Source: Candidatus Nomurabacteria bacterium
GTDB taxonomy: Bacteria; Patescibacteriota; Saccharimonadia; Saccharimonadales; JAGQNJ01
Assembly: GCA_023898625.1 (NCBI GenBank)
Contig: CP060231.1
Coordinates: 737,890-801,889, forward strand
Direction of reading: 5' to 3'
DNA: 64,000 nt
Below, piece by piece: positions 49,053 through 57,736 of this stretch (positions within the stretch are counted from its first letter, which is position 1; the number at the start of each line of letters is the position of its first letter). The notes beneath the pieces were generated by a model. It was not told where the DNA came from. It saw only the letters and a program-made list of their open reading frames with translations, and searched no databases. Made by a program: the position numbers and the translations under genes.

Positions 49053-49056
49053 TCAT

Positions 49057-49398
49057 ATGAGTTTAAAGTGTATCTATGAAGGACTGTGTCCAGCCTATAT
49101 GGCTTGCGAATCTGCAACAGATGCGTTAGATGCGTTTGTTGACAAGAATTCGGTAGATCAAAGTTGGAAGCAAGAACAAGAACTAATAGTTCAAATGAGA
49201 AAGTACGCACTATTGTCTGTAGCAGAAAGAATTGACTGTGGTCGCTTTCAAGATAATGAAGAATGTGCTGATAATGTTTCACAATATTCTTGTCCATTGC
49301 CATTTGGTTTAGTAGAAAATACTGCTTTTGGACCTCCAGAAGAAATGCGACGTTCAGCAATACAAATTGTAAATAATAACAAGCCAAAAGGATTTTAA
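49057..49398 (+). CDS. Hypothetical 113-aa Cys-containing protein embedded between rpsG and fusA
   Basis: The ATG lies 4 nt after the rpsG stop. The ORF fills the whole rpsG-fusA gap and ends 13 nt before fusA. It has six Cys residues. I recognised no homology. Confidence 0.5.
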   Translation: MSLKCIYEGLCPAYMACESATDALDAFVDKNSVDQSWKQEQELIVQMRKYALLSVAERIDCGRFQDNEECADNVSQYSCPLPFGLVENTAFGPPEEMRRSAIQIVNNNKPKGF

Positions 49399-49411
49399 TT
49401 AAGGAGAGGTA

Positions 49412-51499
49412 ATGGCAGAGAAAAAGATAGAACTAAGTAAATATAGAAACATCGGTATTATTGCTCATATTGATGCCGGCAAAACTACCACCACAGAAGG
49501 AATTTTGTTTCGAACAGGTTTGAAGCACAAAATTGGGGCCGTCCATGAAGGCGAGACAACTACCGACTGGATGACCCAAGAACGCGAGCGAGGCATAACA
49601 ATTACATCCGCTGCGGTCACTTGTTACTGGAAGGATCATAAGATTAACATCATTGATACCCCAGGACACATCGATTTTACGGCAGAAGTGGAACGTTCAT
49701 TACGCGTACTAGATGGTGCTGTTACCGTATTTGACGGCAAAATGGGTGTAGAGAGTCAGTCAGAAACTGTCTGGCGTCAGGCCGATAAGTATGGTGTACC
49801 ACGTCTTTGTTTTATTAATAAGATTAATCAAACAGGTGGTGACTTTTATAAGAGTTTGGATAGTATTCATAATCGTCTTAACAAACATGCCTTCCCAATT
49901 CATTTACCAATCGGTTTTGAACAAAGTATCAACGGTGTAGTTGACTTGATTACTATGAAGGCCTACACCTATAAAGAATTTACAGATAATGAATTGGTTG
50001 AGGGTGAGATACCAGAAGATATGCTTGATAAAGCCAAGAAGTATCGTAGTTTGTTGATCGAAAATGCTGTAGCCGAAGATGAGGTAATGCTAGAGAAGTT
50101 CTTTGAAGTCGGCGAAGAAGGACTGAGTGTCGAAGAAATTAAGCAAGCCGTCCGAACTGCAGTATTAACGGGTAAGTTTTATGCCGTTACCGGTGGTGAT
50201 GGTCGTGGCGTGATTGTTGAAAAACTACTCGATGCTGTTAATGACTTTTTACCATCGCCTGTAGATCGTGGTTCAGTTTGGGGTACTCACCCTAAGACCG
50301 ACGAGGAGCTAGAGCGAAAACCAGAAGAAACTGGAGCTATGGCCGGAATCGCCTTTAAGATTGCTACTGACCCATTTGTTGGTAAGCTTTGTTTCGTACG
50401 CGTGTACTCAGGAAAACTAGAGGCGGGATCGTATGTATTCAACAGTTCAACAGGGCAAAAAGAACGTATTGGCCGACTTGTGCGAATGCAAGCTGACAAA
50501 AGAGAAGACATTACCGAAGTCTCTGCAGGAGATATTGCTGCCATTGTTGGCCTAAAAGGTACTACTACCGGAAATACTCTTTGTGATCAAAACAACCCAG
50601 TCATCCTAGAGTCTATTACCTTCCCAGAGCCACCTGTGTCGATTGCCATTGAACCAAAGACAAAGAGTGACCAAGAAAAGATGAGCCTAGCTCTTCAACG
50701 ATTGGCGGAAGAAGATCCAACCTTTAGGGTTCATGTTGATGATGATACTGGACAGACAATTATTAGTGGTATGGGCGAGCTACATCTTGAAATTCTAGTT
50801 GATCGAATGAAGCTTGAATTTAGTGTAGAAGCAAATATTGGTCAACCACAAGTGGCCTACCGCGAAACAATCCGTAAAGATGCCGTTGAGGTTGAAGGAA
50901 AATTTGTCCGACAAAGTGGTGGACGTGGTCAATATGGACACGTTTGGTTACGTTTGTCGCAGAATGAAGCTGGTAAAGGATTTGAATTCATTAACTCTAT
51001 TAAGGGTGGCGTTGTGCCTGCAGAGTACATCAACCCAGTTAAGGCGGGTATTGAAGAAGCAATGGCTAACGGTGTATTGGCGGGTTATCCAGTTGTAGAT
51101 ATCAAGGCAGAACTTTACGACGGTAGCTACCACGATGTTGACTCTAGCGAAATGGCCTTCAAAATTGCAGGTTCAATGGCGCTACAACAAGGAGTTAAGC
51201 AAGCAAATCCGGTACTACTAGAGCCAATAATGAAAGTCGTCGTAGTTACTCCAGAAGAATTTATGGGTGACGTGATTGGTGACTTAAACAGTAAGCGTGG
51301 CCGTATTGAATCTATGGAAGACCTAACGACCGGCATTAAAGAAATCACATCATTCGTGCCTCTTGGAGAGATGTTTGGATATACAACAAACCTTCGTTCA
51401 ATGACTCAAGGTCGCGCAAGTTCAAGCATGGAACTTGATCATTATGCCGATGTTCCAGGCCATGTCGCCGAGGCTATTGTTGCAAAAAATAGCAAATAA
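49412..51499 (+). CDS. fusA: Elongation factor G
   Basis: 695 aa with G-domain motifs [17 protein letters not shown] and NKID. A strong SD AAGGAGAGG precedes the start. Confidence 0.97.
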   Translation: MAEKKIELSKYRNIGIIAHIDAGKTTTTEGILFRTGLKHKIGAVHEGETTTDWMTQERERGITITSAAVTCYWKDHKINIIDTPGHIDFTAEVERSLRVLDGAVTVFDGKMGVESQSETVWRQADKYGVPRLCFINKINQTGGDFYKSLDSIHNRLNKHAFPIHLPIGFEQSINGVVDLITMKAYTYKEFTDNELVEGEIPEDMLDKAKKYRSLLIENAVAEDEVMLEKFFEVGEEGLSVEEIKQAVRTAVLTGKFYAVTGGDGRGVIVEKLLDAVNDFLPSPVDRGSVWGTHPKTDEELERKPEETGAMAGIAFKIATDPFVGKLCFVRVYSGKLEAGSYVFNSSTGQKERIGRLVRMQADKREDITEVSAGDIAAIVGLKGTTTGNTLCDQNNPVILESITFPEPPVSIAIEPKTKSDQEKMSLALQRLAEEDPTFRVHVDDDTGQTIISGMGELHLEILVDRMKLEFSVEANIGQPQVAYRETIRKDAVEVEGKFVRQSGGRGQYGHVWLRLSQNEAGKGFEFINSIKGGVVPAEYINPVKAGIEEAMANGVLAGYPVVDIKAELYDGSYHDVDSSEMAFKIAGSMALQQGVKQANPVLLEPIMKVVVVTPEEFMGDVIGDLNSKRGRIESMEDLTTGIKEITSFVPLGEMFGYTTNLRSMTQGRASSSMELDHYADVPGHVAEAIVAKNSK

Positions 51500-51578
51500 C
51501 AGTTAGAACAATAATCTTCTATACAGGCATTAATCATAAGAAGAAGTGATACTACTGCATAAGTTCAGAAACATATTG

Positions 51579-51622
51579 GACTCCTGAAGGCTAGCGATAG
51601 CTAGCTGGGAAGGAGTCTTTTT
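51579..51622 (+). terminator. Long bipartite hairpin plus T5 immediately upstream of the transposase ATG
   Basis: The outer stem is GACTCCT/AGGAGTC and the inner stem GCTAGC-GATA-GCTAGC, followed by TTTTT. The 3' arm contains the transposase SD AAGGAG (51610-51615). Confidence 0.65.
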
Positions 51623-52714
51623 ATGCAACAGATATATACTGAATCATTCTTGAGGGGTTATGCTCGTAAGACTATGAGATCTATACAAGACATAACCCAA
51701 CACCCATATAAACATGTAATTGAGCAAAGACTCAAGATAATTCAGTTCTATGATGATTTCGGGGAACAAGCCACCAGACAAGCTTTTAGCGTAAGTAGGA
51801 GCACTGTGTTCAGCTGGAAGAGGCGTCTAAAGGATAACAATGGCTCACTCAGATGTTTAGCTCCAAAGAGCACTGCACCAAAACACAAACGCAAGCGAAT
51901 GGTAGATATGCGTATTACTAACTTTATTCTAGAACAAAGAAGCTTACACCCTAAGCTAAGTAAAGATAAGCTAGCCGTATTACTCAAAGATGAGTGTACA
52001 GCTTGGAATCTAAAACCACCTTCGGCATCTACCGTAGGTAGAATCCTCAAAGACCTTAAGTTTCAAGGCCTATTACCAAAATATACCAGGTTAACCGTTT
52101 CAGGTGCTACCGGCAAACTACTTGAGAAACAAAGTCGTAAGCCAAGACTCAATAAACAACGCAGGAATGGTTATCAGCCTGAGCAACCAGGAGATATGCT
52201 ACAGATAGACACTATTGTTAAGTTTATAAACGGTATACGCCGTTATGTACTTACAGCAGTAGATTACAAAGGTAGATTCGGCTTTGCCTATGGCTATACT
52301 AGCCCCAGTAGTACCAACGCAGCAGACTTCCTGAACAAACTGCAAGCTGTTACCCCATTTGAGATCAGACGAGTGCATCATGACAATGGTAGTGAGTTCT
52401 ACAAACACTTCATAAGAGCCTGTGATGAACGAAACATTGAACAGCTCTGGAACTATCCCAAAAGACCTAAGAATAACGGAATGGTTGAAAGATTTAACCG
52501 TAGCATCCAAGAAGAGTTTATAGACTGGAACCTAGATAATCTAGCCTATGACCTTGAGGATTTCAATAATTCATTGATGGACTGGTGTATATGGTATAAC
52601 ACAAAAAGACCACATTATGGACTTGGTTTAAAAAGTCCAATGCAGTACTTACTAGAAGTGTTACAATTAAGCCAACAGGAGTCCAGAATGTTATGGACGG
52701 ATACAACTACTTGA
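51623..52714 (+). CDS. DDE-type (integrase core, rve) transposase, IS481-family-like
   Basis: 363 aa with an N-terminal HTH (STVFSWKRRL). The catalytic region runs LQIDT... HHDNGSEF ... NGMVERFNRSIQEEF ... YNTKRPHYGLGLKSP. Confidence 0.85.
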   Translation: MQQIYTESFLRGYARKTMRSIQDITQHPYKHVIEQRLKIIQFYDDFGEQATRQAFSVSRSTVFSWKRRLKDNNGSLRCLAPKSTAPKHKRKRMVDMRITNFILEQRSLHPKLSKDKLAVLLKDECTAWNLKPPSASTVGRILKDLKFQGLLPKYTRLTVSGATGKLLEKQSRKPRLNKQRRNGYQPEQPGDMLQIDTIVKFINGIRRYVLTAVDYKGRFGFAYGYTSPSSTNAADFLNKLQAVTPFEIRRVHHDNGSEFYKHFIRACDERNIEQLWNYPKRPKNNGMVERFNRSIQEEFIDWNLDNLAYDLEDFNNSLMDWCIWYNTKRPHYGLGLKSPMQYLLEVLQLSQQESRMLWTDTTT

Positions 52715-52805
52715 CAAATGTATGAATTAATGCTAATGTTAAGTGAATACAAAATTTAGATACATTTAGATATTTGTATTTATGTTAACGATTAAGGAGA
52801 AATAT

Positions 52806-53387
52806 ATGTTAGAGAAAAGAGAGATACTAGACCTTGAATTATTTGAAGGTGCTGGTGTTAAGCATGATCAAATTGCATTAATTAGTGCGGCAACTGACGC
52901 AATTGTTGCATGCAGTGATTGGGCAGAAAGACAGAAAGTTGCCGTCGCAAGTTTATTAGCTAGTTGCGTCACTATTGATAGTGATATACTGGGTGGAGAT
53001 GTTGATTTTGATGATTCAGCCTGGCAAGACACTGTGTCTAGACTAGTTGCTGCTGGAGTTGTTGATGCTTCAGCGTATTACGAAGAAATAGACAGTTCTT
53101 GTTTATTTGATGAGGATAGTGATCCTACAACAATTTCAAGAACTAAGCTTGAAAGTATACTCTCCAGCGCAGAAGAATATAAACGGCAACAAAGTATCGT
53201 TCCTGAGGGAGATGACGAATCAGAGGACTATTCTGACGATTTTCTAGAACTTCTTGCTGATTCACGGGGCGACGATATTGTTGAATCGCGAGACTATACT
53301 AGTGGCGACGAAGAATCTAACGGAGAAGATGATCTCGATGATGATCAACAAAATGATGTCGTTATCATTGACGGCGTAGAATTTTAG
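52806..53387 (+). CDS. Hypothetical, extremely acidic protein (193 aa)
   Basis: I chose the ATG at 52806 because AAGGAG lies 7 nt upstream. The C-terminal half is packed with Asp/Glu runs (GDDESEDYSDD, GDEESNGEDDLDDDQQND). No known domain recognised. Confidence 0.55.
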   Translation: MLEKREILDLELFEGAGVKHDQIALISAATDAIVACSDWAERQKVAVASLLASCVTIDSDILGGDVDFDDSAWQDTVSRLVAAGVVDASAYYEEIDSSCLFDEDSDPTTISRTKLESILSSAEEYKRQQSIVPEGDDESEDYSDDFLELLADSRGDDIVESRDYTSGDEESNGEDDLDDDQQNDVVIIDGVEF

Positions 53388-53429
53388 TTATTTGTATATT
53401 AAAATTGTTAAATTTTGGATATCTGATCT

Positions 53430-55019
53430 ATGAAATCGAACCCTGAGCTTATTGATGAGGTTTTTGAGTATGTATCCCCAATAGCAGTTGCTTACGGTGG
53501 TGATATATCATCTGTCATGTCTTCACTGGCTTTAACTAAGTCGATTCTTCAAACCGCTCATCCAGACAGAGGTTTTGAATATTCTGATTCATTGGTTAAT
53601 GCAAATAGGCTATATTCGTCAATTAAAGACTCAAACAAAGTACAACACGAGATTCTAACAGAATGTACCGAAGACACAGTGGAGCCTCTCGGTAAGTTAC
53701 GAAAAGCGGATGTTTTGAACCAAAATATTGATGTATTGATTGAGTCAATAACTAAAGAAACCAGACAAGATACACATGACGTATCTGATACTTCTCACTA
53801 CATTGTCCCAAGTGATGTTGATATAGACGAAGACAGTAGTGATCATGATCTTTCCTTTTTACTGAACACAAAGATTATCGATCAGTTAAAAGAACTAGAT
53901 GGTGAGGATCTTAATTTTGTGATTAAACAATTAAGGAAATATACTTTAAAAAATCAAAATTTAGAAATTCCGGATATATCTAGTAGTCAATGGTCAGTAC
54001 TATTTGATAGAATTCAAAATGGTGATGTTTCATGGGAATCTCTAAATAAGTCGAATGGAGAGGTCGCTAGCGTGCATCTTAAAAACGCAGAAGATCGAGT
54101 GTTACCTTTTTTGAGTTTATTTAGTCCAGAATCAAGCTATATTTTCCCAAAAAACTGGTATAGGTCCTTCAGTGGTTTGGTATATGCCCCCATGTTTGAT
54201 ATTTATGATTACGAGGATCACCAAACAAGAATTGCGCGTAATAAAAAATCATATTGGCAAAACTTTAAAATCTTAAATGTACAGAATGGCATTGTTGTAG
54301 ATGAAAGACAAATAGATTACGGGGACAGAGAGTCAATTCAACTTGTAGATGGTTTGCCAACAAAGAAGCACCGATCGATAATGGAATTAGTTAATGATGT
54401 GCTAAAGGAGATAGGTAGCGACGATAGCTTTTTGGTCACAAATTCTGAAAACGGAGACCAAATCGGTCCTGCAAATTTTGTATTTTTTGTCAAAAATCAA
54501 ATAGCTACGGTAGTCGGTACTGACTTGCAACATGCTAAACACACCATAAATAACAAGATACAGCGTGAGGATGTGGCTATTGATGACGGAGTATATATGA
54601 TTAAGGCTGGTAAACCACAAGGTGCTACTGAATATGATAAACAAAACTTACCTCTCGCTCTGATAAAATTAAAAGAGATGAAAATTCCAAAACGAAATAG
54701 CTACAAGGGTTTCGCTCTGGTAGGTGAGTGCTCATATGTTCTTGATGCTAATGACGATGTTTCAACAATGATACGCAATAACCAGATTATGGATGTATGT
54801 TTAGATCAGAAACCTGACACCGAACAAATTAACGGAAGGCAGAGAATAGAAGTTATGTTAAAAATCTTGTTACAGGATTCAATATCTAAAGTAACTCAAA
54901 GCTTATTAATGAAACGTGATTATATGAAGGTAAGTAGAATGTTGGCGGTTAATAAGGATAATCAGATGATCAATATTAATGAGCTTGACCCATATAGGCT
55001 TACGTTTATTAGCGAGTAA
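53430..55019 (+). CDS. Hypothetical protein (529 aa)
   Basis: A long uninterrupted ORF on the same strand with codon usage like the core genes. I saw no Walker, HExxH, DxD or other motif. Confidence 0.6.
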   Translation: MKSNPELIDEVFEYVSPIAVAYGGDISSVMSSLALTKSILQTAHPDRGFEYSDSLVNANRLYSSIKDSNKVQHEILTECTEDTVEPLGKLRKADVLNQNIDVLIESITKETRQDTHDVSDTSHYIVPSDVDIDEDSSDHDLSFLLNTKIIDQLKELDGEDLNFVIKQLRKYTLKNQNLEIPDISSSQWSVLFDRIQNGDVSWESLNKSNGEVASVHLKNAEDRVLPFLSLFSPESSYIFPKNWYRSFSGLVYAPMFDIYDYEDHQTRIARNKKSYWQNFKILNVQNGIVVDERQIDYGDRESIQLVDGLPTKKHRSIMELVNDVLKEIGSDDSFLVTNSENGDQIGPANFVFFVKNQIATVVGTDLQHAKHTINNKIQREDVAIDDGVYMIKAGKPQGATEYDKQNLPLALIKLKEMKIPKRNSYKGFALVGECSYVLDANDDVSTMIRNNQIMDVCLDQKPDTEQINGRQRIEVMLKILLQDSISKVTQSLLMKRDYMKVSRMLAVNKDNQMININELDPYRLTFISE

Positions 55020-55108
55020 TATTAGCATGTATGATCTTTTGATATTTGACAACTTAACTGGTGTAAAATACCATATAATTGGTAATCAACCCAAGAAAGG
55101 ATTTGAAA

Positions 55109-55324
55109 ATGAGTGAATATAATAGAAGGCAAACTTCTGATGAGGAAAGAGCCAAGGCAGAAGAATGGATGAGGAAGAACCAGGAAGCACTTGGTGATGA
55201 TTTTTTGCAGGGTGAGCGTGTTCTATCACGCGAAGAACAGCAAAGTTATGTTGAAGAACAGTCTAACAGTGGACATAATGGCGATGAAGGCCAGCCTCAA
55301 GAGCTTAACGTTCCGAAAGAATAG
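55109..55324 (+). CDS. Hypothetical small acidic protein (71 aa)
   Basis: The ATG at 55109 is preceded by AAAGGA at 8 nt. The sequence is helical and Glu-rich (SDEERAKAEEWMRKNQEAL). Confidence 0.4.
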   Translation: MSEYNRRQTSDEERAKAEEWMRKNQEALGDDFLQGERVLSREEQQSYVEEQSNSGHNGDEGQPQELNVPKE

Positions 55325-55432
55325 TTATTACGAGAAATTATAGACAAACCAAAATGTTGGTATTGCGGGAAAGTTAAGGCGAACGCAATAGATTGATGAG
55401 ATACGAAAAGTTCATCAATAGTTAGAATATAC

Positions 55433-55461
55433 TTTACAATTAGTGGATAGTTGGATACAAT
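55433..55461 (+). promoter_or_regulatory. Putative dedicated tuf promoter
   Basis: TTTACA (55433-55438), a 17-nt spacer, then TACAAT (55456-55461). The SD AAAAGGAG lies upstream of ATG 55532. Confidence 0.45.
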
Positions 55462-55531
55462 TCATTGGTAACTCGTGTGAGTTGTTATACTCATGCAAGA
55501 TAAAATTAAGTAATAAAAGGAGCTAATATTC

Positions 55532-56713
55532 ATGGCTGACTTCGATCGAAGCAAACCGCATGTTAACGTAGGCACAATGGGTCACGTTGACCACGGTAAA
55601 ACAACATTAACGGCAGCAATTACCCATACGCTTTCAAAGCGTTTGCCAAGCGACGTAAACAAACCTATAAATTACGATCAAATTGATAACGCCCCTGAAG
55701 AAAAACAACGCGGTATTACCATTGCTGTTTCTCACCAGGAATATGAAACCGAAAAGCGACACTATGCTCACGTTGATATGCCAGGACACGCTGACTACAT
55801 CAAGAACATGATTACCGGCGCAGCCCAGGTTGATGGGGCTGTATTGGTTGTTTCGGCAGCGGATGGTCCTATGCCACAAACTCGCGAGCACGTTCTTTTA
55901 GCTCGACAAGTTGGTGTTCCTAAAATTGTTGTATTCCTAAACAAGATGGATCTTGCAGACCCAGAGCTTGTTGAACTTGTTGAAATGGACGTCCGTGAAC
56001 TACTTGAAAAGAATGGTTTTGATGAAGATGCTCCAATTATCAAGGGTTCTGCTACTAAAGCTCTTGAAGGTTCAGAAGCTGATATGGATGCAGTTATGGA
56101 ACTTGTTAAGGCTATGGATGAATTTATTCCAGAACCAAAGCGTGATCTTGATAAGCCATTTATGATGGCCATTGAAGATGTATTCTCAATCAAGGGTCGT
56201 GGTACGGTAGCTACTGGTCGTATTGAACAAGGTATCGTAAAGATTAACGACGAAGTTGAGATTGTCGGTATCCGAGACACTAAGAAGAGTGTTGTTACTG
56301 GTGTTGAGATGTTCAAGAAGAATCTTGATCAAGGTCAAGCTGGCGATAACGTTGGTATTTTGCTTAGAGGTATTGAGCGCGATGATATAGAGCGCGGTCA
56401 AGTTTTGGCTAAACCAGGAACAATTACTCCTCATACAGAGTTTGACGCAGAAGTTTATGTGTTAACTAAAGAAGAAGGTGGACGACACACACCATTCTTT
56501 AAAGGATATAAGCCTCAGTTCTACTTCCGTACAACGGATGTGACTGGCGAGGTTGAACTACCTGCCGATAAAGAGATGGTGATGCCTGGCGATACTGTTA
56601 CGTTTAAGGTCAAATTGATCCAGCCAATTGCTATGGACCAAGGTCAACGTTTTGCTATCCGTGAAGGTGGTCGAACCGTTGGCGCTGGTGTCGTAACAAA
56701 GATTACTAAGTAA
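55532..56713 (+). CDS. tuf: Elongation factor Tu
   Basis: 393 aa with [18 protein letters not shown] and NKMD motifs and canonical domains II and III. Confidence 0.98.
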   Translation: MADFDRSKPHVNVGTMGHVDHGKTTLTAAITHTLSKRLPSDVNKPINYDQIDNAPEEKQRGITIAVSHQEYETEKRHYAHVDMPGHADYIKNMITGAAQVDGAVLVVSAADGPMPQTREHVLLARQVGVPKIVVFLNKMDLADPELVELVEMDVRELLEKNGFDEDAPIIKGSATKALEGSEADMDAVMELVKAMDEFIPEPKRDLDKPFMMAIEDVFSIKGRGTVATGRIEQGIVKINDEVEIVGIRDTKKSVVTGVEMFKKNLDQGQAGDNVGILLRGIERDDIERGQVLAKPGTITPHTEFDAEVYVLTKEEGGRHTPFFKGYKPQFYFRTTDVTGEVELPADKEMVMPGDTVTFKVKLIQPIAMDQGQRFAIREGGRTVGAGVVTKITK

Positions 56714-56733
56714 TCCGAGAAGCCAAAAAAAAC

Positions 56734-56763
56734 GAATGAGCCGAGCTTATCCTCGGCTCATTC
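56734..56763. other. Perfect 12-bp hairpin downstream of tuf, with the A8/T8 tract on the upstream side
   Basis: GAATGAGCCGAG-CTTATC-CTCGGCTCATTC is preceded by A8 (56725-56732) and followed only by AATTTAT. The U-tract geometry therefore fits a minus-strand terminator better than a plus-strand one. Confidence 0.6.
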
Positions 56764-56792
56764 AATTTATAAGTTATGGTATATTTTGTAAT

Positions 56793-56990
56793 ATGAGTAT
56801 AGAATATTTTGATTCTAAAGAAATGAAGACTTATGGATTTGATCCACTAAGCAGTGTTGACCGTGAACTATGGTTGGCAACTACTCCTGACGAGTATGCT
56901 GAGACAGATTATAGCCAAGACCATCAAGCTTATGGTGGTTTATGTTCGGATGAAACATCTGGACAGAACTATGATATTAATGTAGAATAA
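56793..56990 (+). CDS. Hypothetical small acidic protein (65 aa) between tuf and rpsJ
   Basis: The ATG at 56793 lies 7 nt after an extended -10 TGgTATATT (56777-56785). The ORF-track start at 56736 would run through the hairpin. Confidence 0.4.
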   Translation: MSIEYFDSKEMKTYGFDPLSSVDRELWLATTPDEYAETDYSQDHQAYGGLCSDETSGQNYDINVE

Positions 56991-57084
56991 TGTGTGTAAA
57001 TTAATTGTGATGACTAAAAGTCGTTGTATGCGTTCTAAATACTATACAAAGATGTTACATCACTAGAATAAAGGAGCTTATTCT

Positions 57085-57417
57085 ATGGCGACTGCCAAAA
57101 AACCAGAATCTACAAAACCAAGGATACGTATTCGTCTTAAGGCATATGATCATAAAGTTATTGATCAATCAGCAAAGCAAATTGTTGAAACGGCGCTTAG
57201 GACTGGGGCAACGATTGCTGGGCCTATTCCATTACCTACTCAAAAAACAACCTATACTGTTGTAAAGAGCCCTCATGTTTATAAAAAAGGGCGTGAACAA
57301 TTTGAGATGCGGATTCATAAAAGATTGATTGATGTCTTAGAGCCAACACCTAAAACTATTGATAATCTAATGAATCTATCGCTCCCAGCAGGTTGTGATG
57401 CAGAAATCAAAATGTAG
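57085..57417 (+). CDS. rpsJ: 30S ribosomal protein S10
   Basis: 110 aa with [12 protein letters not shown] and [22 protein letters not shown]. The SD is AAAGGAG. Confidence 0.95.
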   Translation: MATAKKPESTKPRIRIRLKAYDHKVIDQSAKQIVETALRTGATIAGPIPLPTQKTTYTVVKSPHVYKKGREQFEMRIHKRLIDVLEPTPKTIDNLMNLSLPAGCDAEIKM

Positions 57418-57456
57418 CATTTCTACACTAAGACCAATGTGATAAACTACTAGTTA

Positions 57457-57729
57457 GTGTCAGCCAAACAAACAAACAAAAAAAATCGCAAAAAGTTAGC
57501 AGATAACAGATATCTATTGAAATTTGTTATCGCATTAATTCTGGGCTTCATTTGGGTTCGTGTGTCCATCAGTGGAATAGTCATACCTATCCCAATTGGC
57601 TTGATAGTTGGTCTGTTATTTATCAGTAAAAACAAGTTAAATACTGATAAAAAGATTGTTACAGCTGTTCTATTGGTTTCGATGTTGATTGGATATTGGG
57701 CTCAAACAGGGTTATTTATTAGCTTATAA
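57457..57729 (+). CDS. Hypothetical small membrane protein (90 aa, about 3 TM) between rpsJ and rplC
   Basis: It has a GTG start, a Lys-rich N-terminus encoded by a (CAAA)n/A8 tract, and then three hydrophobic helices. Confidence 0.4.
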   Translation: MSAKQTNKKNRKKLADNRYLLKFVIALILGFIWVRVSISGIVIPIPIGLIVGLLFISKNKLNTDKKIVTAVLLVSMLIGYWAQTGLFISL

Positions 57730-57736
57730 TACTTTG

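Larger units (their letters stand above)
51527..52733 (+). mobile_element. IS481-family-like insertion sequence (about 1.2 kb); boundaries tentative
   Basis: It encodes a single DDE (rve) transposase. Imperfect terminal inverted repeats are GCATTAAT-CATA (51527-51538) and the reverse complement of TATGAATTAATGC (52721-52733). No clear target-site duplication was seen. Confidence 0.55.

Noticed and set aside
48958-49056. N-terminal extension of the rpsG-fusA ORF back into rpsG (ORF-track start 48958)
   Set aside because: It would overlap the last 95 nt of rpsG out of frame. The internal ATG at 49057, directly after the rpsG stop, is the parsimonious start.
49037-49387. 116-aa minus-strand ORF covering the same rpsG-fusA gap
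   Set aside because: It would be antisense within a unidirectional ribosomal operon, and its sequence is hydrophobic, low-complexity and protein-unlike. The plus-strand ORF is preferred, but only comparative data can settle this.
55795-56316. 173-aa ORF antisense to tuf (plus shorter ORFs at 55634-55891 and 56186-56434)
   Set aside because: These are shadow ORFs on the opposite strand of a highly conserved, codon-biased gene. Their sequence is low-complexity and Ser/Thr/Ile-rich, with no start context.
56736-56792. Longer form of the tuf-rpsJ small ORF starting at 56736
   Set aside because: It would begin inside the 12-bp hairpin. ATG 56793 fits the recurrent -10/start spacing.
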